Source: Blastocystis sp. Blastoise
Lineage: Eukaryota > Protista > Bigyra: Opalinata
DNA: 64,000 nt
Assembly (NCBI GenBank): GCA_039096225.1
Contig: JBBPEB010000033.1
Span: forward strand, 434,001 to 498,000
Direction: 5' to 3'
The notes below the pieces were generated by a model. The model saw only the letters and a program-made list of their open reading frames with translations, had not been told where the DNA came from and did not search any database. Shown here one piece after another: positions 53,504 through 64,000 of the stretch (positions are counted from its first letter, which is position 1; every line of letters starts with the position of its first letter). The position numbers were made by a program, and so were the translations under genes.

Positions 53504-56012
53504 ATGTTTTCAAAATTCTTGAGCGAAGCTAAAAAATATACAAATCAAGCGATTGAAAAAGCAAGTGCTGCTGCAGAGCAAGTATGATTTCATTTATTTT
53601 AATAAAAATCGTTATGCTTTCTTTTTTTTAGGGTGTTCGTATAGCTAAAGAAAAGGCTACTGAATGTAATCCATTTATATATTAACTTTATGAAAATTAT
53701 ATGTCTTTATATAACTATTTTCATTTTTTTTTTAGTACAATTAAATGATAAATATCAATCTTTCGTAGATAAAGCAAGTCAAAGTATGTTTTCTTTTAAA
53801 TATTTTTAAAATATATGTTATACTATATATATAATTTATTGTTTATATATATATATAGTGGGCCAAAATGCTTCTGAAGTCATCAAAGAAGCTATTGCTG
53901 GAAGACCTGATGATTTCACTTATATAACAGATAGAATTATTGGTATATTTTATAAAGAATTTCTTTATATGTAATATTATAATAGTTTTTCTTATATATA
54001 ATATTATAATAGTTTTTCTTTATATATAATATTATAATAGTTTTTCTTTATATATAATATTATAATAGTTTTTCTTATATATAATATTATAATAGTTTTT
54101 CTTTATATATAGTATTATAATAGTTTTTTTTTATATATAGTATTATAATAGTTTTTTTTTATATATAGTATTATAATAGTTTTTTTAAATATATATATAT
54201 ATATATAGCTATGGGTTTTCCTGGTTATCCGAAACATACTGATGGAGAACATCATAATTCCCGTGAAATTGTTGCTAAATTCTTAGAAACAAATCATCAT
54301 GATAAATATATGATTTATAATTTTAGTGATGAAACTTATGATACTTATTTCTTTAATGATAAAGTATATAGTATAATTTAGTTAGTTATTATATTGATTA
54401 TAGTTTTTATATTGATTATAGTTGTTATATTTATCATAATTGTTATATTTATTATATATCTTATATGTATATTATAATAATTATATTATATATATATATA
54501 TAGGTAATGTCTTATGATTTACAAGGTCTTCCTTGTCCTCCTTTGGGCTTATTAGTAAAGATCTGTTTATCTATTGAAAGCTGGCTCACGATGGATGATA
54601 AAAATGTTGTAGCTATTCATTGCCTTGTATGTGTATTATATTATATATATTATATTATATTATATATATTATATATATTATATTATATATACTACTATAT
54701 TTTATATATTATATTATATATATTATATTATATATACTATTATATTTTATATATATTATATTATATATACTATTATATTTTATATCTATTATATTTTATA
54801 TCTATTATATTATATATATAGACAGGAAAAGGTCGTACATTAACAGTATGTGCTTGTTTATTATTATGGATGGGAATTGCTAAAACACCTGTCGATGCAT
54901 TAGAACTATGCGCTAAGAAGAGAAATATTAATTATGAAATCTGTATGACACCTTCTCAAAGAAGGTATATATATATATATATATTATTATTATTAATAAG
55001 TATAATAAACATAATAATAATAAATATAATAATAATAATATACTATATAGATATGTTCAATATTTTGGTAATTTAATGGATAATCATCGTCCCTTGGATG
55101 AAGTGTTATCTCTTAAATCTATTACTATTACAGGTATACCCAATATTGAAGATAATGGATTAAGACCTATTATTGATGTATTTATATATATATAATTATT
55201 ATTCTTATTATTATTATAGATATATAATAGTGGTCAATTAATATATACTTCTGTTAAAACTACATTAAAATATAATAATAATAATCCAGAAAATGAATCT
55301 TCAAATCAGCAAATACAAACAGAAATCGAAGTTCCTTTTGTTCTTTCTACAGAACCTGCTTATGTTTATGAATGTACACTTCCTCTCTGTGTATATATTA
55401 TCTATTTATTATTATTAATAAAACATTATTATATTTATTCTTTAAAAATTAATATTTCTTTTTATTTTATATTATTTTTATTTTTGATTTATTTTTTATT
55501 TATATTATTGTTTATATTCAGGGAAATATTATTATTCGTTGCCGTCATTTACGTTCTAACGGTAATAAACGTTCAATTTTCCGTTGTATGTTTCATACTG
55601 GATATATACAAGGATATAAATTATATTTAACAAAAGAACAATTAGATGGAGCTAATAGTGATAAAGAGTAATTTTATTTTTCTTCTTATCTATATTTATA
55701 TATATATATTTTTATAGTTTTTAAAATAAATTATAATGAATAATGAAATAATAAATATTTATATATATATAGAATTCCTTCTGATTTCTCAGTTAGTTTA
55801 GTATTCGAATATACTCCAAAGTATCTACATATATAATAATAATATTATTATTATAATATATAGTCAAATTAAGTTAACAACTCAAGATAATCCTTTAGAA
55901 GCTTTTGAATCTATTTTATTAGAACAAGGTAGTACTTTATATAGTGATATAGCAAAGAAAAGAGATGAAATATCAAGATCTGAACAATCTATAGATATAG
56001 ATAATAATAATA

Positions 56013-56053
<41 letters not shown>

Positions 56054-56896
56054 TCTACTACTGTTCCTAGTGTTACTAATAATAATACTATTACTACTTC
56101 ACCTCTTGCTATTAATACAGATATAGCTACGCCTTCTAATGCTACTATAGGTAGTACTACTGTTACTCCTCTTAATAATAGTCTTCCTATTACTTCTACT
56201 ACTCCTAATTCTATTAATTTAGAGAGCTTAACTGATAGTAGAACAAGCTTAGAAGACATACGTAATAGTATTTCATCTCTTACTCAATCTTTACCTATTA
56301 ATAGTATATATATTATCATTTTATTATATTTTTTTATTTATTATTATTATTTATTTTTTTAATTATATTAATTTTTTTTATTCACTATTTTTTATTTATT
56401 TATTATTATTATTTTTATTATTATTATATATAAATAGATGCTTTTGAGTTAGATGGTGACTCTGATAGTATTAGTGACGTAGATCCAAATGAAACAGGTA
56501 AATATATTCTATATATATTTATATCTTTAAACAATTGTTTTTTTAATAATTTTATATATAGTAGATAACAATTCTGATCATATTGATGTATATATATAAT
56601 CATAATCATAATAATAATTATTATTATTATAGTATTTAAATGAAATAAGACGATTAGAACAACTTTTAGATGAAAATAACGGTCAAGGAGATAATAATGT
56701 ATATATATAGATATATTAGAATAATACTATATATATATATATAGGAAGAATATATTTCAACTGAAATGAGTGAAGAAGAACAAGCAAGTATATTAATTTA
56801 TATTATAAATACATGTATATATATTATATTATTCTAGAGCTTGAACAGGCACTTCTTGAACAAGAAAGAATTCTTCGTGAACAAGAAGATAATTAA
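53504..56896 (+). CDS. PTEN/tensin-type phosphatase domain + C2 domain protein
   Basis: Spliced: DFTYITDRIIAMGFP, YMIYNFS, NVVAIHCLTGKGRT, TPSQRRYVQYF, C2-like IFRCMFHTGY...KEQLDGA, acidic helical C-terminus; stop TAA 56894-56896. Confidence 0.88.
53972..54190 (+). repeat. ~28-nt intronic minisatellite, ~7-8 copies
   Basis: AATATTATAATAGTTTTTCTTATATAT units in tandem, no spacers. Confidence 0.9.
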
Positions 56897-57611
56897 ATAT
56901 ATATATTTTTTTTAATAATTTATTTTGATAATATACTTATAAACGTTTCATATAATATATATATATATTTTTTTTTTCATTATTATATTTTATTATTTAA
57001 ATTTGATTTTTTTTAAAGACTCATTTTTTTTTGAAATCATTATTTTTTATTATACTAAACAACTTCTCAATATATAAAGAAATAAATAATTAAAGAATAA
57101 TTTTTTTTCAAAAATATTTCATTTCATCTAAGAATTAACTTTTCTATTCTACTTATCACTTTACTTGTCAATACCATAATTTTTTTATTCATATTAAATA
57201 CCCCAATTTGACTTGATATCATAAATACTGTTAAATAATGCAATTAAAAAAACTATTTTTATAATTCTTTTAATCTCTTCACCTTCATTAGAAAAATACC
57301 ATATTCTTTATTCATTTCAATTCTTAAAAATATGGATATTAGACATATTACATTGAAAAAACAATTCTAAAAAAAAATCAGAACAAGAGAATGATTCGTC
57401 ATCATTTCAACTGATGTTTCTAGCAAAAAAGACACAAATAAAAGAAGAAATTCCTAGAAATAAATCAAATCAAGGTAAAATTAAAAGTTTTCTCTTAAAA
57501 ATAAATAAAAATCACTAATAAATTATATATTTCTAAGCAAATTGTTAAATAATATAAACATAAAAAAATGAAATAAGCATAACAATCAACTTGTTTTCTT
57601 GAAATACACTG

Positions 57612-60600
57612 ATGAATGAATACATACTTATTATTCTGACATTTCTGTGTCTTCGTATTTATTTTTGTTTATGTATTTTGATATGAAATTTTTATATAGT
57701 TACAATTGTTGATTCTTGTTTACAAGGTCAATTTAATGTAACATTTCGGCGTGTGTATGGTGTAGATTCAGAAGGTGAATTAGTGACAATCTATAAAGGT
57801 ATGGCTGAAGAAAATAATGTTATTGATGTCCTTAATGGAAATCTATTATCAAATCAAACTGTTAATACAAGTTATTGTATGGATCCAGTTATTTACACAA
57901 TTGCTGCTGAAAAAATGTATGTAAATCAGCTAATATTAACTATTTTTATTATTATTATTATTTTTTCTAGTAAATATCCTGATTGGAATTATAAATCAAA
58001 GTTAATCGTACTCATTGATGAAATCATTATTTTTGAAAATACTTTGGATAAAGGATTTTATGATGAATGGACTATTCTACGTATATATTTATATAAAATA
58101 TTATTTTTTATTATTACTATATAAATCCTTATATTCTTTTTATAACTAATATAAATCCTTATATTCTTTTTATAACTAATATAAATCCTTATATTCTTTT
58201 TATAACTATATAATCCTTATATTTTTTATTATTACTATATAAATCCTTATATTCTTTGTTATAACTAATATAAATCCTTATATTCTTTGTTATAACTAAT
58301 ATAAATCCTTATATTCTTTATTATAACTAATATAAATCCTTATATTCTTTTTATAGCTCTATATACTATTCCAAAATCATCGATATGGAAATATACATTT
58401 CAAGAATTATATAGTACGAATTGGTATACTTCTACTTATGATGATTCTTCATGGAAACAATTATCAACGTCGATATTACCAATTACAACAAAAATAACTA
58501 CATATTATAGAATAAAAGTTCAAAAACCTATATTAAAATCATCTGTTTCTTTATTTAAAGTAGGTATATATAGTAAAGAAGGTGTTATTGTAAGAATTAA
58601 TGAACATATTTTATTTACTCGTAATATGAATAATATATATATAACACCTCAAAGTTATGCAACAAATATAGATGATACTTATTCCTATCATATATTTACA
58701 GGTAGTTATAATGAATATATTCAAAAATATTCTTCAATAATATTTTGTGTTGAAATTCATTCTTCAAAAGATACAGTTGGATTAGAAAAACAATTTAATG
58801 CTTATTTTATACCTATAGTTCAAGATCATTCTTATAGATCTACAAATGGTATTATTAGTATTGAAGAATCAAAAGAAACTATACATAGTGAATATTTATT
58901 TGATAACCATCGAAATACTATATTTACATGTCATTATGAATATGCATGTATTACTATATATCAATTTATGGATGATCAAATAGAATGGATTAATCAATAT
59001 GAAATAATTAATGGTAATAATAATAATCAATATGATTTATCTTCTATATTATTAGAAGGTTCAAATGATTATGGACATACTTGGATTCAATTAGATGAAA
59101 AACATCATATTCAATATCATAGTAATAGTGAATCTTATACATCTATGGTATTATCACATACTATTTCATATAATTCTTATCGTTTTTCTATGATGGCTAA
59201 TAATAATTCACATTTAATTGAAATAGGAGATATACGACTCTTTGCTAATTCTGATCCAATTTATGATAATCTTACTTATTCTAAATCAAATTATATATTT
59301 TATAAAAATATAGATAAAGTTTATATATATCCTTTATCTTCATCTTTTTCTTCATTTACTCTTTCTTCTTCTTCTTCTTCTTCATTATTATTACCTAAAG
59401 GTCTTCAATTTGATCATGATACTGGTGAAATTTATGGAATACCTACTGATTTATTTGATAATACTATATATATATCTGCTAAAGATAATTTAGGATTTAT
59501 TCATTCTATAAGTATTCCTATTCTTGTTCAAGAATGTATTCAAAATGATTATAAATTATTATATATATATACAATTTCAGGTAGTTATACACCTTGGAAT
59601 GAAAATGTAGAATTATATACTTCAAATTCTCTATTTATACAATCATTTCCATTATATTCTTCTGCTTATACATCTACTCTATGTTTAACAAATGAAACAT
59701 ATTATTTCTTATTAAAATCAAAATATGGACATGGCTGGACTTCCTATTCTACATTTACTGTTTCTTTAGAAAATAAATATCTTCGATATCCTATATTAAA
59801 AGAATTCTTATTTGATGGTTATGAAGAAAAATTATCATTTACTATTTCTTATTTATTAGAACCAAAATCATATTCAACAAATTGTCATTTAACGAATAAA
59901 GTATTTAATATTAATTGGTATAAAGAATATATAAATGAATTCTTTTGGATATCTTGCTATAATCCTCATTCAATTCCTTTTGATACTGATTCTCCTATAC
60001 AATTATTTCAATCTTATTTTTATATTAATTCATTAATTGGATATCATAGTATAGAAGTATTATTTTATGCTTCTTCTTCTGCTTTTATTTATATAAATGG
60101 AATTCTTCAATATATACGTAATATTGATAGTATACCTATAACTATAGATACTTTATCTACTTCAGATCCAGAGGATATTGATTTTCATTATCATCGTGTT
60201 ACTATTAGTATTGAATTACTAAAACAAGGAAAAAATTTAATTTCATTAGGTCATATATATACAAATAATAGAGTTCCAAATGCTTTACAATCCATATATA
60301 GTGTTCGTTTATTATCAAGTTCTGATTATGTTTCTAAAACTATATATGCTAATGGCTTAGTAAATCCTGAAAATACAATTATAAGTAATCCAAGATTATT
60401 ATTAGATGGACATAAAGATACAAGATGGATATATACTAGTCAATCAGTTAGTATTCCTACAATTGTTTTTACTATATCATTACAATCAGATAATTGTCGT
60501 AGTGAATATTTAAATAAATATTGTTTTATTAATAATTATGACACACCTGAAAGTGATCCATCTGATTGGACAGTATATGGATGCTCTTCTCTATCATGTG

Positions 60601-63600
60601 ATCTGTTAGATTCTGTTGAAAATGTATTATGGAAATCACGTGTACAACAAATGTGTTTTTATATGAAACCTCATACAGATACATATACTAATTATAAATT
60701 TATATTTTTAAAAAATGCAGGTTATGGTAATTATAATTCATTAGCATTATCTGAAATTCAATTATTAACTGTTGATATTAATTCTATTATTATTTATCCT
60801 TTAGAATATACACCTAGTCATATAATAGGTTATAAAGATGTTAATTTTCCTACATTAATTCCTAATGATTATTATCATCGATTTAGTATTTTATCTGGTA
60901 TTTTACCTTATGGATTATCTTTAAATACAGCTACTGGTTATATATATGGCATCCCATTTATTACTACATCCTCTGAAACTATATTGATTCAAGCATATAA
61001 TATACGTGGAGAAATATATAATACTAGTATTACCGTGGTTATTCAGAATTGTATGGATCCCTATACATTATTTACTGTTGAATATAATTCTTATGGTCAA
61101 TCAGTTACAAATACTTTTGGTTTTTCTATTCTTCATACAAAAAATAATACTTTATTAGGTATGTATACAGATCTTCCTGGATTTGCATCGATATATTATA
61201 CATTTTGTGTATTACCTAGTCAATATTCAGTTATTTTAATTGATACTTCTAATTATGGTTGGGAAAGTGCTTATATATATATATTTATAAAAGGAATAGG
61301 AGATATAGGTAGGTATTCATTAGGTAAAAATGAATCTCCTAAAAAATATGATTTTGAAATAGATACTTATCCTTCTATAAATAATATATTATGGAAATAT
61401 ATAGATATTAATATGGAATTAATAGATCTGAATTGGACATCTATTCAATATAATGATATATCGTGGAGTACAAGTACTATTCAAAATATGACGATGCCTA
61501 TAAATATATATCAATATTATCGTAGTCAATTATATTTAGATGTTTATCATGATTATTCTGCATTATATTTTCTTATTCAATTCTCTGGAATTATTCATAT
61601 ATATTTAAATGGATATGAAATACAATCGATTGATACTTATAATAATTTATTATATATTATGAATAATAATAATTTAAATAATATAAATAAACTAAATCAT
61701 TCAAATTATAATAGTTTGAATAATAAATTATATGATTCAACTTATAAAACAATTAATCAAGTTATTAATACAGAATCTATACCTCTTTATTATTCTCCTT
61801 CTATGAATATATTTTCTATAAGTGTACAACTATTAAATCATACTTCTTCTTCTTCTTCTTTTTTCTCTGGTTATTATAAACCTATAGAAATAGGTAGAAA
61901 TCATGTTATTGATGGTACATATCAAAGTAATAATAGTGGTTTTGGATCTACTTTTATTAGTAATATATTTGATAATAATATTAATACAAGATGGAGAAGT
62001 TCTTCTTCTTGTGAAGGTACAACAATTTCTTGGACTTATAATAATAATAAACAAGAATCAATTAATAGTTATACTTTTATTTCTTCAAATGACTGTAATA
62101 ATTATCATCCTTCTTCATGGATTCTAGAAGGTTCTAATCAATATGATGGTATATATACTTTATTACATGTTGTTTGGAATGAAACATTTTCTTATTATTT
62201 TGAAGAAAAACATTATCAATTTATTTCTTCTAAACCTTATAATCATTTTCGTTTTACTATATTAAAATGTAATAATAAATTATTAGATTCACATTTTATA
62301 TGTAATAATGATTTTGTTCAACTAGCTGAAATACAATTATTTATTGAAAATACACCTTCTTATTGTTCTACTATAGATAATTGGCCTGCTGTTCCTAAAA
62401 ATACATACTCTTATCAATTATGTCCTACTTATTATTCTGGATATATACGTAGATATTGTAATTCATCATTATTATTTGAATCTATTGATAATTCTACTTG
62501 TCAATTATTACCACCTCAAAATATACAATTATCTACATATATATTATATGCAAAAGTAGATACACCTATAGAACCTATTCTACCTTCTTTTGAAGGTCTT
62601 TATTGTTTCTTTTATACATATCCATCTCTTCCTCTTGGATTATCTATAAATAAATCAAATGGCACTATATCAGGTATACCTTTAAAAGGACAAGAAGAAA
62701 TACAATATACTTATTATATAGAAAATAGTTCTGGTTCTAATACTATTTCTTTTTCTATTATAATTGATGGTAGTACATCAAAGAAATATTGTTTACCTAT
62801 TTCTGTTTGGACAATTACACCTATATATACCTATTGTATATTATCTTGTCCTGAATATTATACAGGTATATATAGACGTTATTGTGATTTTGATCATAAA
62901 ACATTACCTTTTTGGAGAGAAATAGAAAATACATGTACTCCTATTTATGAACCTGTTTCTATTCATTATAATCAATTTTCTTATTTATATAAGATTAATG
63001 AATTCATTAATATAGAACCTATATTCAAAGGATATGCTTTTTCATGGTCTATTTCTCCATCTTTACCTTCATCAATTACTTTTTATAATGGTACAATTAC
63101 AGGAACTTCTTCAATTATTTTAGAAAAAGAATTATATAATGTTAAAGTTAAAGGAATCAATAATATAGATACTTTCTTTATGTTAGAAGTTACTCAATAT
63201 TTATGTGAAGCTGATGATATTTGGCCAAGAACAAAAGTAGGTGATAAAGTCATTATTTTATGTCCTTCTGATAATTATAATGGTCAATTAGAAAGAATTT
63301 GCTTATATAATGAAATACCTATTTGGTCTTCTATTAATAATACATGTATATTAAAATCACCTTATTTAAAATATCCAAATTCATATATTTTATTAGATTA
63401 TCATATAGATACATTATTAGTAGAAGCTGACTGTATAGGTGATTGTGATTTCTTTAATATAACTCCTACTCTTCCTTTAGGATTATATATAAATAATACA
63501 TCTGGACAATTATATGGTGAACCATTTATTCCTAGTTCTGAAGATAATTATACAATTACTGTATATACTTCTTATAATACAAGTACAAGTGTAAATATAT

Positions 63601-64000
63601 ATATAAAAATACGTGATGACCATTGTCCTAAAGATGGTATTTGGCCTTCAGTTTCTAAAGGAACTTTAGTTGAACATCCATGTGAAAATATAAATAAAGA
63701 AGGAAATATATCAAGGTATTGTAATAGAAATGATCCTCCTTCGTGGAATGAAGTAATCAATAGTTGTATATATAAAACACCTATAATAAACTATCCAAAT
63801 ACATTTATAAATGCTATTTTAAATGTAGAGTTTAATCCTCTTATTCCTATTACTAAGAATTATATAGAAACATGGAGTATTGTCCCTAATTTACCTATAG
63901 GATTAATATTAAATAATAAAACAGGTGTTATTTCTGGCATTCCTATTGTTCAAAGTCGATATATTACTCATACATTAATAGCTAAGAATCCTGATCGTTC
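57612..64000 (+). CDS. Giant surface protein, 3'-truncated; paralog of 43506-50772
   Basis: Exons 57612-57654, 57700-57916, 57971-58080 and 58357->64000. The last appears open to the window end, which explains its absence from the ORF track. Same signal peptide, module order and intron phases (1,2,1) as the 43506 gene. Confidence 0.88.
58110..58356 (+). repeat. ~30-nt intronic minisatellite, ~8 copies
   Basis: ACTAATATAAATCCTTATATTCTTTTTATA units filling intron 58081-58356 up to the acceptor. Confidence 0.9.

Noticed and set aside
58110-58356. CRISPR-like array of ~30-nt repeats (also 53972-54190)
   Set aside because: Direct head-to-tail units without unique spacers, inside eukaryotic introns, and no cas genes.

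Overview
Very AT-rich (visually ~80% AT), gene-dense, intron-rich eukaryotic nuclear DNA. The gene content (giant He_PIG/HRM-like surface proteins, mitochondrial translation and complex I factors) and ~40-nt first introns suggest an AT-rich Blastocystis-like stramenopile; this is an inference. I reconstructed 17 protein-coding genes by hand (16 spliced, using GT-AG junctions): three paralogous giant surface proteins (two cut by the window edges), MiaB/CDK5RAP1, DHX34, mS33, a NONO/SFPQ (DBHS)-like protein, a choline transporter-like protein, a DUSP-UBL-USP pseudo-deubiquitinase, Rpn9, DESI2-like, an unknown 2-TM protein, NDUFAF4-like, CTU1, Claspin/Mrc1-like, CWC21 and a PTEN/tensin-like protein. 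I saw no tRNA, rRNA, transposon or CRISPR array. Most notable signals: (1) a strongly over-represented GC-rich semi-palindrome, WTTCCCGYGGGAAW, in exons (where it imposes rare codons) with variants upstream of start codons; (2) a DBHS-family protein in a non-animal; (3) introns made purely of microsatellite, GT(AT)nAG, with a 5'-to-3' gradient of intron expansion; (4) a modular surface-protein family, one member carrying a ~250-aa in-domain insert and a ~1070-aa cytoplasmic tail. All family assignments come from motif recognition by eye, with no database search.
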